Positions 22,211 through 31,062 of a stretch of 64,000 nt of DNA are shown piece by piece (within the stretch, counting starts at the first letter, position 1; each line of letters begins with the position of its first letter). The notes under the pieces are model-generated. The model saw only the letters and a program-made list of their open reading frames with translations, did not search any database and was not told where the DNA came from. Position numbers and translations under genes: made by a program. The DNA comes from an uncultured Gammaproteobacteria bacterium (GTDB taxonomy: Bacteria > Pseudomonadota > Gammaproteobacteria > Natronospirales > JAJUFS01): contig CAZRFE010000003.1 of NCBI GenBank assembly GCA_964599565.1, forward strand, positions 10,379-74,378. Reading direction: 5' to 3'.

Positions 22211-23629
22211 ATGAAACCATCGCTTCAGCTGCGTCTCGGACAGCAGCTCGCCATGACGCCGCAGCTGCGGCAGGCGATCAAACTGCTGCAATTGTCGATG
22301 CAGGAGCTGCAACAGGAAGTCCAGCAGGTTCTCGAATCCAACGTCATGCTGCTGCCCGACGACGGCAGCGGCGATTCCGCGGAAACCTCCACCACCGAAG
22401 AATCCACTGCCACCGATCAGGACGCGGGGGAAAACGACTTCGAGCTTGACCACGACGGTCTCGCCGAGGACTGGCCGGAATCACCCGCGGCCGACACCTG
22501 GCAGGACCCCGGCTTCGATCCCCTCGACAACATGGCCGCCGGCGAAGGCGGCCTGCGAGAGCACGTCCTCTGGCAGATTCGCCTCAGCCGCTTCGATGCC
22601 GAGGAACTCGCTGTTGCCGAGGCCATCGCCGACGGTCTCGATGATGACGGCTATCTCACGGAATCCCTCGACGACATCTGCGCGGCACTTGGCGCCGATA
22701 CAGAAACCGGCGAACGCGTCCTGCATCGCATCCAGGCGATGGATCCGCCGGGCGTCGGCGCGCGCGATCTCGTCGAATGCCTGTCCGTGCAATTGCGATT
22801 GCTGCCACCATCGCAGGAGCGCGAACTGGCGCTTGAACTCGTGCAGCACGGGCTTGAATTGCTCGCGCGCGCAGATGCCGCGCGCCTGTCCGAACAGTTT
22901 TCGCGACCTGCCGCACAGGTGCGTGCAGCGCTTGATCTGATCCGCGGGCTCAACCCCAAGCCCGGCAGCGCCGTTCCCGGCGAGAAGACGGAGTACGTCG
23001 TGCCGGACGCGCTCCTCGTGAAGCGTGAAGGCCGCTGGAAGGTCGAACTCAATTCCGCGGTAACGCCGCGGCTGAAGCTGAACGAGGAATATGCACGCCT
23101 GCTGCGGCAGGCGGACTCCCGCAGTCCGCAGATGCAGGCGCAGCTCCAGGAAGCGCGCTGGCTGATCCGCAGCCTGTCCGTCAGAAACGATACGCTGACG
23201 CGCGTCGCACAGGCGATCGTGAACCGCCAGCACGCCTTCTTCGACGAAGGCGAAACGGCGATGTCGCCGCTGGTGCTGCGCGACATCGCGGACGAAGTCG
23301 AACTGCACGAATCCACGGTATCGCGTGTAACCGCGAACAAATACCTGCACACGCATCGCGGCACCCTGCCGCTCAAGTATTTCTTTTCCAGCCAGATTCC
23401 CGCGCGTGACGGCGGCCGTTCGTCCGTTGCCGTGCGCGCGCTGATCCGCAGGCTGATAGACCGGGAAAACCCTCAGCGGCCCTTGAGTGACCAGAAGATC
23501 GCCGCCATTCTCGTTGATGAGGGCATCCGGGTCGCCCGGCGTACGGTGACCAAGTACCGGGAATCCATGCGAATCCCGGCTTCATATGACCGCAAGGGCG
23601 ACGGCAATCGCCGCCCGATATCCACCTGA
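22211..23629 (+). CDS. rpoN: RNA polymerase sigma-54 factor
   Basis: MKPSLQLRLGQQLAMTPQLRQAIKLLQLS N-terminus, acidic region II, RpoN box ARRTVTKYRE. ATG 22211. Confidence 0.95.
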   Translation: MKPSLQLRLGQQLAMTPQLRQAIKLLQLSMQELQQEVQQVLESNVMLLPDDGSGDSAETSTTEESTATDQDAGENDFELDHDGLAEDWPESPAADTWQDPGFDPLDNMAAGEGGLREHVLWQIRLSRFDAEELAVAEAIADGLDDDGYLTESLDDICAALGADTETGERVLHRIQAMDPPGVGARDLVECLSVQLRLLPPSQERELALELVQHGLELLARADAARLSEQFSRPAAQVRAALDLIRGLNPKPGSAVPGEKTEYVVPDALLVKREGRWKVELNSAVTPRLKLNEEYARLLRQADSRSPQMQAQLQEARWLIRSLSVRNDTLTRVAQAIVNRQHAFFDEGETAMSPLVLRDIADEVELHESTVSRVTANKYLHTHRGTLPLKYFFSSQIPARDGGRSSVAVRALIRRLIDRENPQRPLSDQKIAAILVDEGIRVARRTVTKYRESMRIPASYDRKGDGNRRPIST

Positions 23630-23647
23630 ACGGTAAGGAGCGGAAAC

Positions 23648-23968
23648 ATGCAATTGAACCTGACAGGCCATCACGTGGAACTCACTCCCGCGCTGCGGGA
23701 TTACGTTGATTCGAAGTTCGAGCGGCTTGAGCGCCACTTCGACAATGTCTTCGATGTGCACGTCGTGCTCAACGTGGAGAAATTGCGCCACACCGCCGAG
23801 GCGACCGTGCACGTGAACGGCGACAACCTGTTTGCCGACGCCGTGGACGAAGACATGTACGCCGCGATCGACGGCCTGATCGACAAGCTTGACCGGCAGG
23901 TGAAGAAGCACAAGGAGAAACTCCAGGACCATCACCAGCGCGACGCGCAGAAGGTACAGGCCGTCTGA
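23648..23968 (+). CDS. hpf: Ribosome hibernation promoting factor
   Basis: MQLNLTGHHVELTPALRDYVDSKFERLERHFD, typical of HPF/YhbH; AAGGAG RBS; downstream of rpoN. Confidence 0.9.
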   Translation: MQLNLTGHHVELTPALRDYVDSKFERLERHFDNVFDVHVVLNVEKLRHTAEATVHVNGDNLFADAVDEDMYAAIDGLIDKLDRQVKKHKEKLQDHHQRDAQKVQAV

Positions 23969-23992
23969 AACGGCGCCACAAACGAAGGAGCG

Positions 23993-24020
23993 ACGGCCGC
24001 AGCGATGCGGCCGTTTTTTT
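23993..24020 (+). terminator. Rho-independent terminator after hpf
   Basis: ACGGCCGC-agcgat-GCGGCCGT followed by TTTTTTT. Confidence 0.7.
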
Positions 24021-24105
24021 GCCCGCTGCCCACATCTTCTGACGGACGAAATATCCTGCATGCGGCTGCTAGAATGTCGGCCAACTCCGGGAGCGGTGCC
24101 TTCGC

Positions 24106-25023
24106 ATGCAGATCATCTTTCTCAGCGGCCTGTCGGGTTCCGGCAAGACAGTCGCGCTGCACATGCTTGAAGACCTTGGCTACACCAGCCTCGACAACTT
24201 TCCCATCCGCCTCCTGCGCGACTACGTCGACCAGGAAGTCAACCGCGACCCATCGAATCGCCGGCGCATCGCCATCGGCATCGATGCGCGCGCCGGCGAG
24301 AGGGATCTCGAAATCCTGCCGCTTGTAGTGAGCGACCTGCGTGGAGCGGGCATCCGCTGCCAGGTCATATTTCTCACATCCGACGACGACACGCTGATCC
24401 GCCGCTACAGCGAAACGCGCCGGCGCCACCCGCTCGCACAGGCCGAAGGCAGTCTTGCCGAAGCGATTCGCGACGAACGCCGGGTCCTGTCGATCGTGGC
24501 GGAGCACGCGGACCTGCAGATCGACACCACGCATCTGAACGTGCACGACCTGCGCGAAATCATTCGCCAGCGGCTCAAGCTGGACGGCGACGGCGAGCTG
24601 TCGCTGCTGTTCATGTCGTTCGGATACAAGAACGGTGTCCCGCGCGATGCGGACTTCGTGTTCGACCTGCGCTGCCTGCCGAATCCGCACTGGGAAAATG
24701 CGCTGCGGCCGCTCACCGGACGCGATGCGCCCGTTGTCGATTATCTTCACGAGCGCGACAGCGTGAAGACCATGCGCAACGATCTCATTGCGTTTCTCGA
24801 CCGGTGGATCGAATGCTTCAAGGGCGCGGATCGCAGTTACCTGACCATCGCGCTCGGCTGCACAGGCGGACGGCATCGTTCCGTGTACATGGCCGAACAG
24901 CTCGCCGCGCATTTCAGCCGGAAAAACCCGAAGGTACTCGTGCGTCACAGTTCGCTGTCCGAAGTCATCGACGCGCGCCAGTTGCATCTCGCGCTTCAGT
25001 ACAGCGGCGACAAGCCTCAATAG
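24106..25023 (+). CDS. rapZ: RNase adapter protein RapZ (YhbJ)
   Basis: MQIIFLSGLSGSGKTVALHMLEDLGY (P-loop), FDLRCLPNPHW, CTGGRHRSV motifs. Confidence 0.9.
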   Translation: MQIIFLSGLSGSGKTVALHMLEDLGYTSLDNFPIRLLRDYVDQEVNRDPSNRRRIAIGIDARAGERDLEILPLVVSDLRGAGIRCQVIFLTSDDDTLIRRYSETRRRHPLAQAEGSLAEAIRDERRVLSIVAEHADLQIDTTHLNVHDLREIIRQRLKLDGDGELSLLFMSFGYKNGVPRDADFVFDLRCLPNPHWENALRPLTGRDAPVVDYLHERDSVKTMRNDLIAFLDRWIECFKGADRSYLTIALGCTGGRHRSVYMAEQLAAHFSRKNPKVLVRHSSLSEVIDARQLHLALQYSGDKPQ

Positions 25024-25123
25024 ACGCTCCCGTATCCGCCCGGTACACTGCCCCGCAGTTCCCGGCACCGCGACGATGCTCCCACCCGTCGCCATCGCGC
25101 CGGCCTCACACTGCGGCGAAACC

Positions 25124-26491
25124 ATGACCGAAACCCCGAGCACAAGCGGCAGCAGCGCGGCGGCGAGCCGCCTGGAAAGCATCCGCGATGCGCTCGACAG
25201 CGGCACGTTGCGCAGCGTGCGCCGCATGATGCACTCGCTGCATCCCGCCGAAATCGCTCACCTTCTCGAATCCCTGCGACCGGCCGAACGCGAAGTCGTA
25301 TGGGAACTCGTCGACGCCGAAGACGACGGCGAAGTACTGCTGCACGTCAACGACGAAGTTCGCGTCGGACTCATCCGCGGCATGGATGCGCAGGAACTGC
25401 TCGCCGCAACGGAAGGCCTGGACATCGACGATCTCGCGGACCTTTTCGCGGACCTGCCCGAAACCGTGACGCAACAGCTGTTGCGCTCGATGGACGAGCA
25501 GAATCGCCAGCGGCTCGCGGGCGTACTCGCCTACGCGGAGGACAGCGCGGGCGGACTGATGAACATCGACACCGTCACGGTGCGTCCCGACGTGTCGCTC
25601 GATGTCGTGATCCGTTACCTGCGCATGCGCGAAGACCTGCCCGAGGACACGGACCGCCTCGTCGTCGTCAACCGCTATGGACGGCTGCTCGGCACCCTCA
25701 CGCTGACGCGCCTGCTCTCCAGCGATCCGTCGAAGACCGTCGCCGAAGTGATGGACACCGAGGTCAAGGGCATCCCTGCCGAGACGTCGGCGCGCGACGT
25801 CGCAAAACTTTTCGAGGACCGCGACCTCATGTCCGCGCCGGTTGTCGACAACGAAGGCGTGCTGCTGGGGCGCATCACCATCGATGACGTCGTCGACGTC
25901 ATCCGCGACCAGGCCGATCACTCGCTGATGACCATGGCAGGTCTCGACGAGGACGAGGACATGTTCGCGCCCGTGCTCTCCAGCGCGCGGCGCCGCGCGC
26001 TGTGGCTCGGCATCAACCTCGCCACCGCGACACTGGCGGCATCGGTCGTCGGACTGTTCGAAGCGACGCTTGATCAGATCGTTGCACTGGCCGTGCTCAT
26101 GCCGATCGTGGCGAGCATGGGCGGCATTGCGGGCAGCCAGGTGCTGACCATCATCATCCGCGGGCTCGCGCTCGGCCAGCTGGAACGCAGCAACGTACGC
26201 TGGTTCATCGGCAAGCAGCTCGCCGTTGTCGGATTGAACGCCCTGCTGCTGTCAGTCGTAGTCGGCGCGGTTGCGCTGGCCTGGTTCAGGAACACATCGA
26301 TCGGACTCATCATCGGCGCGGCACTGCTGATCAACCTGCTGATCGCCACCATCGCCGGCTGCACGGTGCCGCTCGTGCTGCGCCGGCTCGGCATCGATCC
26401 CGCGCTCGCCGGCCCCGTGGTGGTCACGACCTTCACCGACGTGATGGGCTTTCTCGTCTTTCTCGGGCTCGGAACGCTCTATCTCCTCTAG
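25124..26491 (+). CDS. mgtE: Magnesium transporter MgtE
   Basis: N-domain, tandem CBS pair, then a five-TM MgtE domain (IVASMGGIAGSQ, PVVVTTFTDVMGF). ATG 25124 preferred over the TTG-type extension. Confidence 0.9.
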   Translation: MTETPSTSGSSAAASRLESIRDALDSGTLRSVRRMMHSLHPAEIAHLLESLRPAEREVVWELVDAEDDGEVLLHVNDEVRVGLIRGMDAQELLAATEGLDIDDLADLFADLPETVTQQLLRSMDEQNRQRLAGVLAYAEDSAGGLMNIDTVTVRPDVSLDVVIRYLRMREDLPEDTDRLVVVNRYGRLLGTLTLTRLLSSDPSKTVAEVMDTEVKGIPAETSARDVAKLFEDRDLMSAPVVDNEGVLLGRITIDDVVDVIRDQADHSLMTMAGLDEDEDMFAPVLSSARRRALWLGINLATATLAASVVGLFEATLDQIVALAVLMPIVASMGGIAGSQVLTIIIRGLALGQLERSNVRWFIGKQLAVVGLNALLLSVVVGAVALAWFRNTSIGLIIGAALLINLLIATIAGCTVPLVLRRLGIDPALAGPVVVTTFTDVMGFLVFLGLGTLYLL

Positions 26492-26500
26492 CCCGGTCCG

Positions 26501-26516
26501 TGTGACAGGCATCACA
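26501..26516. promoter_or_regulatory. Perfect CRP/Vfr/Clp-type palindrome TGTGA-N6-TCACA
   Basis: TGTGAcaggcaTCACA, 10 nt after the mgtE stop and 110 nt upstream of the ParA-like ATG, in an intergenic region. No binding data. Confidence 0.4.
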
Positions 26517-26625
26517 TCCTGACCCAGTATTCGTGTTACCTGGCTCCAACGTTATGCCGAAAAGCTGCCGTAAGTCCTCGGGTAGGCTATGCTTTTCGTC
26601 CGTTCGGCCCATTTCCGGACCCACC

Positions 26626-27342
26626 ATGAAAAAAATCGTCGTACTGAACACCAAGGGCGGGTGCGGCAAAAGCACCATCGCGACAAATCTTGCCGCCTAT
26701 CACGCCCTCTCGGGATTCGCGACCACGCTGATGGATTACGATCCGCAGGGGTCAAGCATGCGCTGGCTGACGAAGCGCGACGAAACGCGGCCGCGTGTGA
26801 ACGGCGTCTCGGCCATCGACCGCAGCACGCGAACCACGCGCAGCTGGCAGCTTCGCGTGCCGCTGCAGACCGAATGCCTGATCGTCGACACGCCGGCAGG
26901 ACTTGAGCCGCAGCGGCTGACCGAGATCACGCGCAACGCGCATGCCGTCATCGTGCCCGTGCTGCCGTCCGATATCGACATCCACGCCGCGTCGCGCTGC
27001 ATTGCGGATCTTCTGCTCGTGGCACGCATCGACCGGCGCGAGGAGCGCATCGCCGTCGTCGCAAACCGCGCGAAAAAGAACACCCGGGTCTATCGCGCAT
27101 TGACACGATTCCTGCACAGCCTCGACATTCCCTTCGTCGCAAGCTTTCGCGACACGCAGAACTACATCAACTGCTCGGACCAGGGCATCGGCATCCACGA
27201 GATTCCGGACAATCGCGCAATTCGCGACCGCCGCGACTGGCAACCGCTGGTGGACTGGGTTGCATCACGCAGACCGGTCGCCGTGCAGCTGGTGTCAGGG
27301 ATATCCGGCACCCCCGGCGCGGATGAATCCGCAACGGGCTGA
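26626..27342 (+). CDS. Orphan ParA/MinD-family P-loop ATPase
   Basis: MKKIVVLNTKGGCGKSTIATNLA (deviant Walker A KGGxGKS), DYDPQGS, LIVDTPAG. No parB-like gene adjacent. Confidence 0.75.
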   Translation: MKKIVVLNTKGGCGKSTIATNLAAYHALSGFATTLMDYDPQGSSMRWLTKRDETRPRVNGVSAIDRSTRTTRSWQLRVPLQTECLIVDTPAGLEPQRLTEITRNAHAVIVPVLPSDIDIHAASRCIADLLLVARIDRREERIAVVANRAKKNTRVYRALTRFLHSLDIPFVASFRDTQNYINCSDQGIGIHEIPDNRAIRDRRDWQPLVDWVASRRPVAVQLVSGISGTPGADESATG

Positions 27343-27362
27343 ATGCCACCAGGAGAATCACC

Positions 27363-27914
27363 ATGAACAGGCTCCACGCGTCGTTCCTTTTCCTGTCCGC
27401 AGTGCTGTTTGCCGCGCCGGTTCATGCCGATGCACCGAGCACCGGCGATGCAGCGCCGGCCTTCCGCCTGCAGGATCAGAACGGCGAGTGGCAGTCGCTG
27501 GAGAAATACCAGGGGCAATGGGTGGTCCTTTACTTCTATCCCAAGGACGACACGCCGGGCTGCACGACGGAAGCCTGCAGCTTCCGCGACGATATCTACC
27601 GTTACAAGGCAAAAGGCGCGGCGGTGCTCGGCATCAGCCTTGATGACGTGGAATCGCACAAGGAGTTCGCGGAGAAATACGAGCTGCCGTTTCCGCTGCT
27701 TGCCGACGTCACACACGGAACGGCAAAGGAATACGGCGTGCTGACGACGCTCGGCCCGATGAAGTTCGCGAAACGCGAAACGTTCCTCATCGATCCTGAG
27801 GGCCGCATTGCAAGGCATTATGCGGACGTCGATCCCGAAGGACATGCAAAGCGCGTGCTCGACGATCTCGAGTCGCTGATGCAGCCGCCGGCGACGAAAC
27901 CCGCGGAAGGTTGA
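27363..27914 (+). CDS. bcp: Bcp-type peroxiredoxin (AhpC/TSA family) with predicted signal peptide
   Basis: MNRLHASFLFLSAVLFAAPVHA/DAP signal-like N-terminus; peroxidatic motif YFYPKDDTPGCTTEAC; AGGAG RBS. Confidence 0.85.
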   Translation: MNRLHASFLFLSAVLFAAPVHADAPSTGDAAPAFRLQDQNGEWQSLEKYQGQWVVLYFYPKDDTPGCTTEACSFRDDIYRYKAKGAAVLGISLDDVESHKEFAEKYELPFPLLADVTHGTAKEYGVLTTLGPMKFAKRETFLIDPEGRIARHYADVDPEGHAKRVLDDLESLMQPPATKPAEG

Positions 27915-28069
27915 CCGATGGGCGAGCGGTTCGCCGTTCATCCACCCGATCCGCACAACCGTCCGCCGTCACAGAACGCGTCCCTCCTCCCACCGGTGAC
28001 AATGCAATCCGCTTCTGTCACGATGCGCGCCGCACGTCATCTGTTCCAGGTGTCTCCCGGCGGTATTTC

Positions 28070-28555
28070 ATGATCATTTCCAGGTACCGGATCGCGCCAT
28101 CTGCCATTCCCGGCGCAGGCAAAGGCCTGTTCCTTTCACAATCAGTTCCCTGCGGCAGCATCATCGTTGCGCCGGCTGAAATTCAACGCAGCAACCTTCT
28201 GGCAGGCACCCGGCTTGAAGCGCTGCCGGAGACACTTGCAGCGACATCGATTCGCTGGTTCGAGGACTGCTGCACCGTCGATCCGGAATGGAGCGACGAG
28301 TGCTACATCAACCATTCGTTCGCACCGAACGGGCTGTGGCATCTTGGGTTCGTGTTTGCGCTGCGCGACCTGGATGCGGGAACGGAGCTGACGGTGGACT
28401 ATCGCATGTTGCTGCGGGAAGGGGCTTCTCCCGGCTTTCGCGATGCATTGACGGGACAGGAAATCGCGGGATTCAGCTGGCAGGACGCGTTGCGGCGCGC
28501 CGCGGCATTGCTGCAGGAAATCGCTGTCGTGCGGCATGAAGCAATGAGCGAGTGA
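28070..28555 (+). CDS. SET-domain protein (putative protein-lysine methyltransferase)
   Basis: SET signatures IPGAGKGLF, YINHSFAPN (NHSxxPN) and GTELTVDY (ELTxDY); 161 aa from ATG 28070. The longer TTG start (27911) adds a low-complexity extension. Weak RBS. Confidence 0.65.
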   Translation: MIISRYRIAPSAIPGAGKGLFLSQSVPCGSIIVAPAEIQRSNLLAGTRLEALPETLAATSIRWFEDCCTVDPEWSDECYINHSFAPNGLWHLGFVFALRDLDAGTELTVDYRMLLREGASPGFRDALTGQEIAGFSWQDALRRAAALLQEIAVVRHEAMSE

Positions 28556-28557
28556 CG

Positions 28558-28585
28558 GGCAGGAAAACGCTCTTCCCGCCTTTTA
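28558..28585. terminator. Possible terminator hairpin between convergent genes
   Basis: GGCAGGAA-aacgctc-TTCCCGCC (one mismatch) followed by TTTTAT. Confidence 0.3.
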
Positions 28586-28597
28586 TCCGTCAGGCAT

Positions 28598-29536
28598 TCA
28601 GATCGATCTTCCCGCCCACGTCTTCAGCGACACCGCCATCTCGACGCGGTTTCGGCCTTCCCGCTTCGCCTTGTAGAGCGCGTGATCCGCGGCGCGGATC
28701 ATCTTGCGCACCGGCACGTGTTCATCGCCCATGGTCGTCGCCACGCCGACGCTGACGGTGACATCCATCTTCAGGCGGTCGATCTCGAAGGGCTCCGCGG
28801 TAACGGCACGCCGCACGCGTTCCCCAACCTCGATCGCATTCGCACGTCCGCAGCGCGGCAGCACGGTGAGAAATTCCTCGCCGCCATAACGCCCGGAAAG
28901 ATCGTAGGAACGCAGCGCGACCTGGAGACGGCGCGCGACTTCGGCGAGAACCTTGTCGCCCATCTGGTGCCCGTACGCATCATTGATGTGCCGCAGGTGA
29001 TCGACATCGGTGAGCAGAACGGACAGCGGCATTTCCTCGCGCGCCGCGCGATCGAGCTCATGCTGCGCAACTTCCAGGATGAGTCCGTGGCTGTAGAGAC
29101 CGGTGACCTGGTCGTGCGATGCGCCGGACCCCGCCTGGTGCCGCAATTCCTGGAATCGCTTCCACAGTGCGAGGCGCAATGCGAGTTCGTCGAAACGCAC
29201 CGGCTTGTCCAGCACGTCGTCGGCGCCGACCGTACGTGCGCGGCGATATGCGCTCGCATCCTGTTCGGGCTTCAGCAGCACGATGAAAAGCGGCTGGTAA
29301 CGTTCGTCCGCGCGCAGGCGCTCGGCGAGTTGCGGGCCGTCCATGCCCGGCATGAGCCAGTCGATGACGGCGAACTGCGGCACATCCATGTTGCGCAGGT
29401 TTTCCAGCGCCTCGCGTCCATCCTTCACGCACAGAACCTCGACCCCGCCGTCAAGGAACGCCTGTTCCAGTTCACGGCGTGTTGCCGGTTCGTCGCAGGC
29501 TACGATCGCCCGCAGGCCGTCAATGGCTTTGCGCAT
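28598..29536 (-). CDS. Response regulator-diguanylate cyclase (REC-GGDEF)
   Basis: REC domain (FAVIDWLMPGMDG), GGEEF active site, and an RxxD I-site (RSYD) five residues upstream of GGEEF. Confidence 0.9.
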   Translation of the reverse strand: MRKAIDGLRAIVACDEPATRRELEQAFLDGGVEVLCVKDGREALENLRNMDVPQFAVIDWLMPGMDGPQLAERLRADERYQPLFIVLLKPEQDASAYRRARTVGADDVLDKPVRFDELALRLALWKRFQELRHQAGSGASHDQVTGLYSHGLILEVAQHELDRAAREEMPLSVLLTDVDHLRHINDAYGHQMGDKVLAEVARRLQVALRSYDLSGRYGGEEFLTVLPRCGRANAIEVGERVRRAVTAEPFEIDRLKMDVTVSVGVATTMGDEHVPVRKMIRAADHALYKAKREGRNRVEMAVSLKTWAGRSI

Positions 29537-29573
29537 CTTCCACCTGATTGTTCTGCGCCGTGCAGCGCAGTCT

Positions 29574-31016
29574 TCAGTCGCCGATATTGTGTTCGCCCAC
29601 GCGAACGATCTTCATCGCATTCGTACCGCCGGCGACACCGGTGAAATCACCCTTCGTGATGATGACCTGGTCACCGTTCTTCACCGCTTCGCGCCGCAGC
29701 AGCTCGTCGACGGCGTCCGCCATCACCTTGTTCGGGTCCGCGTGCAGCACGTCGAACGCCATGGCATAGACACCACGATACAACGTCACGCGCCGGCGTG
29801 TCGCTTCATGACGGGTCATGGCGTAGATGGGAATGCCCGACCGGATGCGCGACATCCACAGCGCCGTCGATCCCGATTCCGTCAATGCGACAATAGCCCG
29901 CGCGCCGAGATGATTCGCGGTGTACATCGCGGCCATCGCAATGGCTTCGTCGATGCGCTCGAAGTGGCTGTCGATGCGATGGCGGGAACGCATCGTCATG
30001 CGCTGCCTCTCCGCGCCGACGCACACGCGCGCCATCGCTTCGACGACCTTCACCGGGTATTTTCCCGCCGCGGTCTCGGCGGAGAGCATCACGGCATCCG
30101 TGCCATCCATTACCGCGTTGGCGACATCGAGCACTTCCGCACGTGTCGGCACCGGGTTGTGGATCATCGATTCCATCATCTGCGTCGCCGTGATGACGAC
30201 GCGGTTGAGATCGCGCGCAACGTGGATGATGCGCTTCTGCACGCCCGGCAGTTCGGCATCGCCGATTTCGACGGCAAGATCGCCTCGCGCGATCATCACC
30301 ACGTCCGACGCCTCGACGATGGATTCGATCGCTTCCACCGCTTCTGCGCGTTCGATCTTCGCGATGATGCCGGCGCGGCTGCCGGTATCCCAGACGAGAT
30401 CGCGCGCGATCTGCACGTCGTTCGCATCACGCGGAAAGGAAATGGCGACATAGTCGACGCCGAGTTCCGCCGCAACGCGAATGTCCGCGCGATCCTTGTC
30501 GGTGAGCGCGGGCGCCGACAATCCGCCGCCCTGGCGGTTGATGCCCTTGTTGTTCGACAGCAGGCCGCCGGATTCGATGCGGCAATGGATGCGCGGTCCA
30601 TCGATGGACTCGACGATGAGCGCGATGAGTCCGTCGTCGAGCAGCAGCCGGTCACCCGGCCTCACGTCCTGCGGCAGTTCCTTGTAGGTGATGCCGACGC
30701 TGCGCGCATCACCGGCATCCGGACCGAGTTCCGCATCCAGCGTGAACATCTCGCCGTCCACCAGTTCGACCGGTCCGCCCGCAAACTTGTCGATGCGTAT
30801 CTTCGGACCTTGCAGGTCCGCGAATACGCCGACATCGCGTCCGAGCTTCGCGCTGGCCGCACGCACCATGTCCATGCGCCGGGCGTGATCGGCAGGACGG
30901 CCGTGCGAGAAATTCAGGCGCGCGACATCAAGACCCGCGGCGATCATTTTCTCGAGCACGCCGGGCGCGTCCGTCGCCGGACCCAGGGTTGCGATGATCT
31001 TCGTGCGTCTTGCCAT
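29574..31016 (-). CDS. pyk: Pyruvate kinase
   Basis: MARRTKIIATLGPAT N-terminus, MIARGDLAVEI motif; 480 aa from ATG 31016. Confidence 0.92.
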   Translation of the reverse strand: MARRTKIIATLGPATDAPGVLEKMIAAGLDVARLNFSHGRPADHARRMDMVRAASAKLGRDVGVFADLQGPKIRIDKFAGGPVELVDGEMFTLDAELGPDAGDARSVGITYKELPQDVRPGDRLLLDDGLIALIVESIDGPRIHCRIESGGLLSNNKGINRQGGGLSAPALTDKDRADIRVAAELGVDYVAISFPRDANDVQIARDLVWDTGSRAGIIAKIERAEAVEAIESIVEASDVVMIARGDLAVEIGDAELPGVQKRIIHVARDLNRVVITATQMMESMIHNPVPTRAEVLDVANAVMDGTDAVMLSAETAAGKYPVKVVEAMARVCVGAERQRMTMRSRHRIDSHFERIDEAIAMAAMYTANHLGARAIVALTESGSTALWMSRIRSGIPIYAMTRHEATRRRVTLYRGVYAMAFDVLHADPNKVMADAVDELLRREAVKNGDQVIITKGDFTGVAGGTNAMKIVRVGEHNIGD

Positions 31017-31062
31017 TGCGATCCTCGTATACAAGATGCCCCGCATCGCGGGGCAGTCTTCG

